Origin: Eubacteriales bacterium
GTDB lineage: Bacteria; Bacillota; Clostridia; Christensenellales; MB2-83
Length of the DNA stretch: 61,066 bases
Assembly: GCA_018385275.1 (NCBI GenBank)
Contig: JAHAZM010000022.1
Span: forward strand, 1 to 61,066
Reading direction: 5' to 3'
The notes under the pieces were generated by a model. That model worked only from the letters and a program-made list of their open reading frames with translations, was not told where the DNA came from and searched no databases. Made by a program: the position numbers and the translations under genes. Below, one piece after another: positions 19,964-31,134 of the stretch (positions within the stretch are counted from its first letter, which is position 1; each line of letters opens with the position of its first letter).

Positions 19964-20620
19964 GTGAGAACGATCACGGTGACGGGGACGGGAAGCGTTT
20001 CCACGCGTCCGGATTTTATCGTTCTGGACCTGACGGTCGACGCGATGGACCTAGATTATGAAAAGAGCTTGTCCGCGGCGGAAGCGAAGGTCGCGGCGCT
20101 GAGAAAAGCGATCCGCCGGCACGGATTTGCCGCACGCGACCTGAAGACCGCCGATTTCAACGTTCACGCCGAGTACGAGGGACGGGAGGACGAGCACGGC
20201 CGGTACCGCAACGTGTTCGTCGGCTATCGGGTCCGCTACGGGCTGAGGTTGAGTTTTTCGATGGACGGCGCCCGTCTCGGACGGATCATCGGCGCCGTGG
20301 GCGGGGCGGAGATCGCGCCCGAGCTGCGGATCCGTTTCACAGTCAAAGAGCCGGCGGCCCTGCGCAGGGAATTGCTGGAGGACGCAGCGGCCAACGCCCG
20401 TCGGAAAGCGGAAATCCTGGCTGCCGCCTCGGGGGTGAAACTGGGCGAGCTGATGAGCGTGGACTACCGGTGGAACGAGGCGGATCCGGTATCCGCGACC
20501 GGTTTTCAGATGGATCAGCGATGCCTGGCCAGACCGATGGCGAAAAACAGTTTTGCCGATATGGAACCGGAAGAAATCAAGCTGAACGATTCGGCGACCT
20601 TTGTCTGGGAGATCGCCTGA
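19964..20620 (+). CDS. SIMPL/DUF541 domain protein without a signal peptide
   Basis: 218 aa. GTG start 7 nt after GAGGAGGGG. The N-terminus TITVTGTGSVSTRPD is typical of the mature SIMPL domain. Confidence 0.75.
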   Translation: MRTITVTGTGSVSTRPDFIVLDLTVDAMDLDYEKSLSAAEAKVAALRKAIRRHGFAARDLKTADFNVHAEYEGREDEHGRYRNVFVGYRVRYGLRLSFSMDGARLGRIIGAVGGAEIAPELRIRFTVKEPAALRRELLEDAAANARRKAEILAAASGVKLGELMSVDYRWNEADPVSATGFQMDQRCLARPMAKNSFADMEPEEIKLNDSATFVWEIA

Positions 20621-20625
20621 AACGG

Positions 20626-20650
20626 AAAGACCCTTCGGGGTCTTTTTTTT
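20626..20650 (+). terminator. Rho-independent terminator
   Basis: aaagaccc-ttcg-gggtcttt followed by a T run. Confidence 0.85.
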
Positions 20651-20664
20651 GTGTGAAAAAACGC

Positions 20665-20714
20665 TTGACAAGAACCTATGAATGATCTATCATATGATTA
20701 GAATTTCATATGAA
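20665..20714 (+). promoter_or_regulatory. Promoter (TTGACA-17-TATCAT) overlapped by two CATATG-centred 10-bp palindromes (candidate ArsR-family operators)
   Basis: ATCATATGAT at 20689-20698 overlaps the -10 element. TTCATATGAA lies at 20705-20714. Confidence 0.6.
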
Positions 20715-20729
20715 TGGAGATTCAATATT

Positions 20730-21068
20730 ATGAGTATGAAGCACGATCATTCTCAGGCGGTTAAAGAAGTTCAGTTCGAATTACCGGGGCTCGAGCAGCT
20801 CTGCGATCTGGCGGGGCTGTTTCAGGTCTTCGGAGACAGCACGCGCATCCGTATTCTCTTTTCGCTGTTTGAAAAAGAGTTGTGCGTCTGCGCGATTTCG
20901 GAGTTGTTGGGGATGACCCAGTCCGCGATCTCGCATCAGCTGAAGGTGCTGAAAGACAACAGGCTGGTCGGGAACCGCCGCGATGGCAAGACGATGATCT
21001 ACTTTTTGGCGGACGATCATGTGCGTTCCATTATCGAGCAGGGATTCGAGCATCTGACGGAGGCGTGA
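20730..21068 (+). CDS. ArsR/SmtB-family metalloregulator, CzrA/SmtB-like (alpha5-site signature)
   Basis: HTH ELCVCAISELLGMTQSAISHQLKVL. C-terminal DDHVRSIIEQGFEHLTE fits DxHx10Hx2E. Start at the ATG at 20730, downstream of the promoter. Confidence 0.85.
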   Translation: MSMKHDHSQAVKEVQFELPGLEQLCDLAGLFQVFGDSTRIRILFSLFEKELCVCAISELLGMTQSAISHQLKVLKDNRLVGNRRDGKTMIYFLADDHVRSIIEQGFEHLTEA

Positions 21069-21070
21069 GA

Positions 21071-22879
21071 ATGGAAGACAAGATCAAACTCGTTTGCCTG
21101 ATCGCGGCGGCCGTGCTGACGGCGGGATTTGCGTTTCTGCCGCAGGGAACGGTCCGGACGCTGCTTTTTCTGATCCCGTACGCGCTGGCGGCCTGGGGCG
21201 TGTACAGAGAGGCGTTTGAAAGCATCCGGCACGGCGAGGTTTTCGACGAGAACCTGCTGATGGCGGTCGCGTCCGCCGGCGCTTTCTTCATCGGAGAATG
21301 CCTTGAGGGCACCCTGGTGGTGATCCTGTTCGAGATCGGCGAGTTTCTTGAGGAAAAAGCGGTGGAGAGGAGCCGCGCCGACGTAAAGGCGCTGATGGAT
21401 ATCTGTCCCGAGACCGCCGTCGTGATTCGCGACGGAGAAGAAAAGACGGTTTCACCCTCCGAAGTCGAAGTCGGCGAGCTGATCCTGGTCCGGCCCGGCG
21501 AACGAGTGCCGTTGGACGGACGGATCGAGGAGGGAACGGCTTCTTTCGATCTGTCGGCGCTGACCGGCGAGAGCGCTCCTGCGACAGGAGAAGCGGGGTC
21601 GCGCGTCCTCAGCGGTTCGATCGATCTGGACGGGGCGGTCCGCATCCGTACGGAAAGCCTCTATGAGCAGAGCGCCGTTGCGCGCATCCTTGCCATGGTG
21701 AACGAAGCGGCGGACAGAAAAGCGCATACCGAAACGCTGATTACGAGGTTTTCCCGGTTTTATACGCCTGCCGTCGTGGCGCTGGCGGTCCTGCTGGCGG
21801 TCCTGCCGCCTTTGCTGGGAGGCGGAGACTGGAACGAGTGGATCCATCGGGCGCTGATGTTTTTGGTGGTGTCCTGTCCCTGCGCGCTGGTGCTGTCCGT
21901 GCCGCTGACGTTTTTTTGCGGGATCGGCGGGGCTTCGCGCCGGGGAATCCTGTTCAAGGGTGCCGTCGGCATGGAAACGCTGGCCGAAGCGAAAGTCGTG
22001 GTATTTGATAAAACCGGCACGCTGACGCGCGGCGTGTTCGAAGTCAAGGAACTCCGGCCTAGCGGGTGCTCGGAAAAAGAACTGTTGAGGCTGGCGGCTG
22101 CGGCGGAAAGCGGATCCCATCATCCGATCGCTCGAGCCGTCGCGGAAACGGCTGAGATTGTACCGGCGGCGCAGGAGATCCGGGAGTTTCCCGGACGGGG
22201 CGTGCGCGCGATGGTGGAGGGCCGTACGGTTCTCGTCGGCAACGCCCGGTTTATGGAGGAAGAAGGCGTCGCCTGCGGGCTGATAGAAGAGGGTACGGTC
22301 GTTTATGTGGCGGCGGACGGAGCGTTTCTGGGCGCTATCATTCTGGCCGATACGATCAAGAACGGCGCGGCGGAGGCTTTTGCTCAGCTGAAAGAATTGG
22401 GCATAGGCCGGCAGATTCTGTCCGGAGACGGCAGACGGGCCGCCGAAGCGGTGGCGGGACAACTGGGCGCCGACGAGGTGACGGCGGAGGTGCTGCCCGA
22501 TCAAAAGGTCGCGGCGCTCGAGCAGATCATGGAGCAAAACGGACCGACTGTCTTTGTCGGAGACGGGATCAACGACGCGCCGGCTCTTGTCCGGGTCGAC
22601 GTGGGGATCGCCATGGGCGCGATCGGCAGCGACGCGGCGGTAGAGGCGGCGGACGTGGTTTTGACCGACGACGCGCCGGAAAAGGTGCCGCTGGCGATCC
22701 GGCTTTCCCGGAAGACGGTCCGCATCGCCAAGGTCAATATCGCTTTCACGCTCGGAGTCAAGCTCGCCGTCATGGCGCTGGCCGTGACGGGGATCGCCAG
22801 CATGGGGTTGGCGGTGTTCGCGGATGTGGGCGTTACGCTGCTGGCGGTCGCCAACGCCGTAAGAGCGAGAAGAGAGTAG
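21071..22879 (+). CDS. P1B-2-type heavy-metal (Zn2+/Cd2+/Pb2+) translocating P-type ATPase lacking an N-terminal HMA domain
   Basis: 602 aa from the ATG at 21071 (GGAGG 7 nt upstream). CPC in TM6 (SCPCALV), DKTGTLT, GDGINDAP, a TM7 Lys (LGVKLAV) and TM8 ADVGV. Confidence 0.9.
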   Translation: MEDKIKLVCLIAAAVLTAGFAFLPQGTVRTLLFLIPYALAAWGVYREAFESIRHGEVFDENLLMAVASAGAFFIGECLEGTLVVILFEIGEFLEEKAVERSRADVKALMDICPETAVVIRDGEEKTVSPSEVEVGELILVRPGERVPLDGRIEEGTASFDLSALTGESAPATGEAGSRVLSGSIDLDGAVRIRTESLYEQSAVARILAMVNEAADRKAHTETLITRFSRFYTPAVVALAVLLAVLPPLLGGGDWNEWIHRALMFLVVSCPCALVLSVPLTFFCGIGGASRRGILFKGAVGMETLAEAKVVVFDKTGTLTRGVFEVKELRPSGCSEKELLRLAAAAESGSHHPIARAVAETAEIVPAAQEIREFPGRGVRAMVEGRTVLVGNARFMEEEGVACGLIEEGTVVYVAADGAFLGAIILADTIKNGAAEAFAQLKELGIGRQILSGDGRRAAEAVAGQLGADEVTAEVLPDQKVAALEQIMEQNGPTVFVGDGINDAPALVRVDVGIAMGAIGSDAAVEAADVVLTDDAPEKVPLAIRLSRKTVRIAKVNIAFTLGVKLAVMALAVTGIASMGLAVFADVGVTLLAVANAVRARRE

Positions 22880-22888
22880 GAGAAGCGT

Positions 22889-23092
22889 TTGGGACCGAAG
22901 AGGATTATCCTGAAAGCCTTTCCCGGTAACGCAGGGGCCGCCCGTGTATACCGCGAATACGGGTTCCGTGAATACGCCCGTGCGGACGAAGATATCCGGA
23001 TGGAGATTTTCACGGCCAATCCCGGTTTGCGAGAAAGGCCGCTGAAAAAACGCGGCCGACCCGTTTCCGATAGAAACGGGTCGGTTTTTTGA
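22889..23092 (+). pseudogene. Probable 5'-truncated GNAT acetyltransferase remnant
   Basis: RIILKAFPGNAGAARVYREYGFREY resembles the C-terminal motif-B region of GNAT enzymes. There is no N-terminal half, a TTG start, and the ORF runs through the terminator hairpin. Confidence 0.35.
23056..23090. terminator. Bidirectional rho-independent terminator
   Basis: ccgacccgtttc-cgata-gaaacgggtcgg: a 12-bp stem flanked by an A run upstream and a T run downstream. Confidence 0.85.
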
Positions 23093-23130
23093 TGGGAAAA
23101 TACATATTGATATATGAGCATACAAGAATA

Positions 23131-24246
23131 TCAAACGTGAAGAGAACAATATCGGACGGCATCGACGCAGGCGGTGATCTCGGCGGAGGTGGTAAAGGCA
23201 CCGATACTCAGGCGGACCGCGCCGCCGCGTTCCGTTCCCAAAAAGCGGTGGGTCAGCGGCGCGCAATGCAGTCCGGCTCGGGCCGCGATGGCGAAAAGGC
23301 GCCACAGCTCGTCGGCCGTTTCGGCCGGATCGGCGTCCCGCAGCGTGAACGTCACGATGTTGACGGCGTTTTCGGGGGAACGCAGTTTGAGCCCGGGGAG
23401 GCGGGAAAGCCCGTCGAAGAGCAGGCCGGTCAGGCAGCGTTCGCGCTCGGTCAGGCGCGCGCGGCGCGGCATCAGCCATTGCAGGGCCGCCCCCAGCCCC
23501 GCCAATCCTGCCACGTTGGCGGTGCCGCTTTCATAGCGGTCGGGCCGTTCGGGAGGCTGTTCGGGCTCGGAGCTCCGGCTGCCGGTGCCGCCGGTCATCA
23601 GCGGGCGCAGTTCAAAGCTTTGGGGTAAAAACAACGCGCCCGTGCCGGTCGGACCCAGCAGACCCTTGTGACCGGGAAAAGCGTAGAGCACCTGCCCGGG
23701 AAGCGTTTTCGGAGCGATCGGGACACAGCCGGCGGCCTGAGCGCCGTCGAGGAGGAGGGGGACCCCCGCTTCAGCGCAGACCGCCGCTGTTTGCTCGATC
23801 GGCTGCCGCGCGCCGGTCACGTTGGACACATGTGTCAGGACGGCCAGTTTCGCGCCCGGCAGAGCGGCGGCATAATCCGCCGGATCGACGGCGAAACCTT
23901 TTCGCGGAGCGATGAAAACGACGTCGCAGCCCAGCGCGTACAGCGTTCGCAGGACGCTGTTGTGCTCAAAAACCGAGGCGACGACCCGGTCTCCTGGTTT
24001 CAGCAGACCTCTGAGCGCCAGGTTCAGGGCTTCCGTGCAATTGCCGGTAAAAACATACTCGAACGGATCGGACGAGCCGAAAAACGCGGCCAGCGCCGAC
24101 CGGGCCTTGAGCAGCAGGGCTTCAGCTTCCAGCGCCGGCCCGTGGCCGCTTCGTCCGGGATTGGCCGAGCGCAGCGCGCCCGTGACCGCCCGGGAAACGC
24201 AGAGCGGCCGGTGATAGGAAGTGGCCGCGTTGTCCAGATAGATCAT
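23131..24246 (-). CDS. Class V aminotransferase-fold PLP enzyme (cysteine desulfurase family)
   Basis: 371 aa. IYLDNAATS start, PGHKGLLGPTG (PLP Lys) and RAGLHCAP (active-site Cys loop). Confidence 0.85.
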   Translation of the reverse strand: MIYLDNAATSYHRPLCVSRAVTGALRSANPGRSGHGPALEAEALLLKARSALAAFFGSSDPFEYVFTGNCTEALNLALRGLLKPGDRVVASVFEHNSVLRTLYALGCDVVFIAPRKGFAVDPADYAAALPGAKLAVLTHVSNVTGARQPIEQTAAVCAEAGVPLLLDGAQAAGCVPIAPKTLPGQVLYAFPGHKGLLGPTGTGALFLPQSFELRPLMTGGTGSRSSEPEQPPERPDRYESGTANVAGLAGLGAALQWLMPRRARLTERERCLTGLLFDGLSRLPGLKLRSPENAVNIVTFTLRDADPAETADELWRLFAIAARAGLHCAPLTHRFLGTERGGAVRLSIGAFTTSAEITACVDAVRYCSLHV

Positions 24247-24371
24247 GGTCAGAACACCTCGGTAGTAACAGTATATGAACGGTCTTTTGATCCGGTGCGC
24301 GCCGCGGCAGAATCTCCTTGCCGGATCCGGGCAAATATGTTATTTTATTAAAAAATGTTTGGGAGGTAAAG

Positions 24372-25322
24372 ATGATCGATTATCGTCAATTCACGTCGAT
24401 TGACCGGACGTGGGACGGCTCCTTCACCGCGGGAAAGGACGGCGTTCGGGAGATCCTGACGCCGGCTGACAGAAAAAGCGAATTCATCCGATTCGAAAAC
24501 AAAACGGTGGTTTCCCTCAAGAGCGGGAGCGGACTCTCATCTCTGTATATGCTGCCCGAAACGCGCTTTGAGCCGAAAGCGGAAGCGGTACTGATGGATC
24601 TGGATGGCACCAGTGTGACCAGTGAAAGCTTCTGGATCTGGATCATCCAGTCGACGACGGCACGCCTGCTCGGCAAACCGGACTTTTGCCTCGAGGAGGA
24701 GGATATCCCGTTCGTGTCCGGTTTTTCGGTCAGTGAACATCTGCAGTACTGCATCGACAAATATTGCCCCGGAGAGTCGCTGGAAAAGGCGAGGAATTAT
24801 TATCACGAGATCACGGATTATGAAATGGGAGAGATCCTTGCCGGACGGGGAAAGAAAGACGCGTTCACGCCCGCGCCGGGTCTGAAAGAGTTTCTGTACG
24901 CGCTGAAAGACGCCGGCGTGCGGATCGGTCTGGTCACGAGCGGGCTGTACAGAAAAGCCATGCCGGAGATCCTGTCCGCGTTCCGTCAACTGGATATGGG
25001 AGACCCGTTGAGCTTTTACGACGCGATCATCACGGCCGGGACGACATACCGCTCCGACCGGGGAGGCACGCTCGGAGAGCTTTGCGCCAAACCGCATCCG
25101 TGGCTGTATGCCGAGACGGCCCTCGTCGGACTCAATACGAGCCCGGAGCGCAGACATAAGGTGATCGGGATCGAGGATTCCGGCGCCGGCGCGCTGGCCA
25201 TCAAACTGGCCGGTTACGAGGTCGTCGGCGTGGAGGGCGGCAATATCGCCAAGGCGGGGCTCGACGGGATCCTCTATCGGAAAGTACCGCGTCTCACGGA
25301 CATTCTGGAAATCATCCTGTGA
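24372..25322 (+). CDS. HAD-superfamily hydrolase with an N-terminal extension of about 85 aa
   Basis: Start at the ATG at 24372, after GGGAGG. Motif I is LMDLDGTSV, and a late GIEDSGAGA motif is present. Confidence 0.75.
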   Translation: MIDYRQFTSIDRTWDGSFTAGKDGVREILTPADRKSEFIRFENKTVVSLKSGSGLSSLYMLPETRFEPKAEAVLMDLDGTSVTSESFWIWIIQSTTARLLGKPDFCLEEEDIPFVSGFSVSEHLQYCIDKYCPGESLEKARNYYHEITDYEMGEILAGRGKKDAFTPAPGLKEFLYALKDAGVRIGLVTSGLYRKAMPEILSAFRQLDMGDPLSFYDAIITAGTTYRSDRGGTLGELCAKPHPWLYAETALVGLNTSPERRHKVIGIEDSGAGALAIKLAGYEVVGVEGGNIAKAGLDGILYRKVPRLTDILEIIL

Positions 25323-25340
25323 ACGGAGAATAGAGATAAA

Positions 25341-25375
25341 ACGGCGCGATCCAGGGAAAGGACGTGCCGTTTTTT
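25341..25375 (+). terminator. Rho-independent terminator
   Basis: acggcgcg...cgtgccgt stem (one mismatch) followed by ttttt. Confidence 0.6.
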
Positions 25376-25437
25376 AGGTTTGTGCCGGGAGCTTTTTATC
25401 TTTTTTTTAAACATTCTGTAAAACCGCTCCTATCCGG

Positions 25438-25466
25438 TTGTCGGTTTTCCGAAAATGTGATATGAT
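25438..25466 (+). promoter_or_regulatory. Promoter of secA
   Basis: TTGTCG-17 nt-TATGAT, with TG upstream of the -10 element. Confidence 0.55.
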
Positions 25467-25495
25467 ATGAACATTACGATTCGGAGGAAACGGGA

Positions 25496-28186
<2,691 letters not shown>

Positions 28187-28210
28187 TTTTTAAAAAGGAT
28201 GTGATGAAGG

Positions 28211-29330
28211 TTGGTTCAATATGAACAGTTGAGCTATAAGCTCAAAGGCGTCAACGAGCTGATCAAAAAGTTAGGTGAGTCACTTTGACCCGGACAAGCT
28301 CGGGGAAGAAGTGAAAGAACTGCACGAGACCATGGCGGAGCCGGATTTCTGGAACGACATGGAGCGTGCTCAGCGCATCAATCAACGCGCCAAAAACGTG
28401 GAAGACACGCTGCGTGATTTCCGTTCGCTGGAAAGCCGCGCCGCCGACGTCGCCGCGTTGATCGAAATGGCGGACGCGGAGGAAGATCTGTCCATGCTGC
28501 CCGAGATCGAGAGCGAGATCGCCTCCATTGCGGACAAGACGGAGGAAATGAACATCCTCACGCTTCTGACCGGCCAGTACGATCACAACAACGCGATCCT
28601 CACGCTCCACGCCGGCGCGGGCGGCACCGAGGCGCAGGACTGGGTCTCGATGCTGTATCGGATGTATCTCAAATGGGCGGACAAAAAAGGGTACGCCACG
28701 AAAGAACTGGATTATCTCGAGGGAGACGAGGCGGGTATCAAATCGGTGACTTTTCAGGTCAACGGCGAGAACGCCTACGGGTATCTGCGCTCGGAAAAGG
28801 GCGTGCATCGCCTGGTGCGCATATCGCCCTTTGACGCCAACGCGCGGCGGCATACGTCGTTTGCTTCGCTGGAGGTCATGCCTGAGATCGACGAGTCGAT
28901 CCATATCGAGATCCGCAGCGAGGATCTGAAAGTCGATACCTATCGCAGCAGCGGCGCGGGCGGTCAGCACATCAACAAGACCGAATCGGCGATCCGCATC
29001 ACGCATATGCCGACGGGTATCGTGGTTTCCTGCCAGACGGAGCGCTCTCAGGTCCAGAATCGCGAGACCGCGATGAAGATGCTGAAAAGCAAGCTCATCG
29101 AGCGGGCGGAGGCGGAGAATTACGAGAAGAATCTCGAGCTCCACGGAGAACTGAAGAAGATCGAGTGGGGCAGCCAGATCCGTTCGTACGTTTTCCAGCC
29201 GTATACCATGGTCAAAGATCATCGCACCGATTACGAGACCGGAAACATCCAGAGCGTCATGGACGGCGATCTGGACGGGTTTATTCGCGCTTATCTGCAG
29301 AAATCCGTCTCGAAGGATAAAAAAGCATGA
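28211..29330 (+). CDS. prfB: Peptide chain release factor 2, requiring a programmed +1 frameshift: join(28211..28285,28287..29330)
   Basis: ORF0 (TTG start) runs 25 codons and ends ...GGTGAGTCA CTT TGA C. The +1 frame continues DPDKLGEEVKEL..., with the SPF and GGQ motifs further downstream. Confidence 0.92.
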
Positions 29331-30052
29331 AAAAGAAATTGTCGGTTTGTTTCGCCGCGGCAGGCACGGTATGCCTGCTCGCGGCTTTGACCTTATTCGC
29401 CGTCGCTTCCGCCGCGACGAACCGGGATTTTTACTACAACCGGTATATGGAGGATAAAACGGCCGATTCGCTCGGCATTTATCCGTCGGAGCTCAACCGG
29501 GCGCTGGCGGATATGATGCGTTTTGTCAACGGGCACGACGATACGGCGCTGGACGCGAGTTATACGTTTACCGACGACGCGCAGCGGCCGCTGTGGACCA
29601 ACAGCGAAAAGATCTGGTTGTCCGACCTGCGGGATTTTATTGACGCCTGCCGGACGGTCCAGTGGATCCTGATCGCCGTCGGAACAGCGCTGTTGATCGC
29701 CGGCGTCGCGGTTTCGTGGAAAAAACCGGGTTTCCGCATTTTGGGGAGGACTTATATCGCGGCGGCGGTCGCCTTCGGCTTTGTCTTCCTGGCCGTCGGG
29801 CTTTGGGCGCTGAGCGATATCAACGGCGTGCGTCTCGCGCTCGACGGGCTGATTTTCCCGGGCGGCACGGATTTCATCGACGGCACGCTGGCACTGTCCA
29901 AGATGTTTTCGATCCATCTGTTCTATTGGGAATTCGTGCACGCCTATCTGCTTGCCGCCGTGTGCGGGCTGCTGCTTTCGGGCCTGATCTACGCCGTTTC
30001 GCGGCTTGGCGCGGAGAAAAAGGAGGACGACGATGTCTACCTCTACCAATAA
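29327..30052 (+). CDS. Integral membrane protein (TIGR01906/DUF1461-like by architecture)
   Basis: 241 aa. ATGA overlap with the prfB stop. N-terminal TM, soluble loop, then 3-4 C-terminal TM helices. Confidence 0.6.
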   Translation: MKKKLSVCFAAAGTVCLLAALTLFAVASAATNRDFYYNRYMEDKTADSLGIYPSELNRALADMMRFVNGHDDTALDASYTFTDDAQRPLWTNSEKIWLSDLRDFIDACRTVQWILIAVGTALLIAGVAVSWKKPGFRILGRTYIAAAVAFGFVFLAVGLWALSDINGVRLALDGLIFPGGTDFIDGTLALSKMFSIHLFYWEFVHAYLLAAVCGLLLSGLIYAVSRLGAEKKEDDDVYLYQ

Positions 30053-31058
30053 GCCGCTCCTGATCCTCGGTGTGGAGACGAGCTGCGACGAAACGGCCGC
30101 GGCGGTGGTGGCCGACGGCCGGCACGTGCTGTCCAACGCCATTTATACGCAGATCGCGATCCATCAGCCGTACGGCGGGGTCGTGCCGGAAATCGCGTCG
30201 CGTAAGCATATCGAGCAGACCGACCGCATGATTGACGCGGCTCTTTCCGACGCAGGCGTGAGCCCGGACGAGATCGACGCCGTGGCCGTGACCTGCGGGC
30301 CCGGGCTGGTCGGTTCGCTGCTTTGCGGCGTTTCCGCGGCCAAAGCCTACGCTTACGCATCCAAAAAGCCGTTGATCGGCGTAAACCATATCGAGGGGCA
30401 TATCAGCGCCAACTATATCACGCATCCGGAACTGGAGCCGCCGTTTGTCTGTCTGGTGGTTTCCGGCGGACACACGCATATCGTCGTGGTTGAGGACTAC
30501 TGCCGGTACCGGTTGTTGGGACGCACGCGCGACGACGCGGCGGGCGAGGCTTTCGACAAAGTTGCCCGGCTGATCGGGCTGGGGTATCCGGGCGGTCCCA
30601 AGATCGAGGCCGCGGCTCGGGAGAGCGCAGCGCCGATCCCGTTCCGGCCTCCGTTCCTCAACGACGACAGCTTTGATTTTTCGTTCAGCGGCATCAAGAC
30701 CGCGGTAATCAATTATTATCATAACGCTCAGCAGCGCGGCGAGTCGCCGTCGCAGAGCGACGTGGCGGCGGGTTTTCAGAGCGCCGTGATCGAGGTACTC
30801 GTGACCAAACTGATCCGGGCGGCGCGCGCCGAGGGCATGACCCGGGTGGCCATGGCCGGAGGTGTCAGCTGCAACGGCGCCCTGCGCGCGCTGGCCGAAA
30901 AACGCGCCTCGCAGGAGGGCATGACGCTTTTTTGCCCGCAGCCCGTGCTCTGCACGGACAATGCCGCGATGATCGCCTCGGCCGGGTATTATCGCTTCGT
31001 ACGGGGAGAAAGAGCGGATCTTTCGCTCAACGCCTTGCCGAATCTGCGCCTGTTTTAA
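30033..31058 (+). CDS. tsaD: tRNA N6-adenosine threonylcarbamoyltransferase
   Basis: Start at the ATG at 30033 (GGAGG 6 nt upstream). ILGVETSCDETAAAVV and the GVNHIEGH metal site. Confidence 0.93.
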   Translation: MSTSTNKPLLILGVETSCDETAAAVVADGRHVLSNAIYTQIAIHQPYGGVVPEIASRKHIEQTDRMIDAALSDAGVSPDEIDAVAVTCGPGLVGSLLCGVSAAKAYAYASKKPLIGVNHIEGHISANYITHPELEPPFVCLVVSGGHTHIVVVEDYCRYRLLGRTRDDAAGEAFDKVARLIGLGYPGGPKIEAAARESAAPIPFRPPFLNDDSFDFSFSGIKTAVINYYHNAQQRGESPSQSDVAAGFQSAVIEVLVTKLIRAARAEGMTRVAMAGGVSCNGALRALAEKRASQEGMTLFCPQPVLCTDNAAMIASAGYYRFVRGERADLSLNALPNLRLF

Positions 31059-31067
31059 ATTCCATGA

Positions 31068-31096
31068 TTGACTAAAATATCCGTTAGCGTTATAAT
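31068..31096 (+). promoter_or_regulatory. Consensus-like promoter of the secD-like operon
   Basis: TTGACT-17 nt-TATAAT. Confidence 0.65.
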
Positions 31097-31134
31097 ATCA
31101 AAGTATACTTGACTTTACAGGGGGAACTATCTCG

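Noticed and set aside
20882-21070. A 63-aa N-terminal extension of the P1B ATPase ORF.
   Set aside because: It overlaps the ArsR-family gene in another frame and has an Arg/Gly-rich nonsense composition. The ATG at 21071 has a GGAGG SD and directly precedes the first TM helix.
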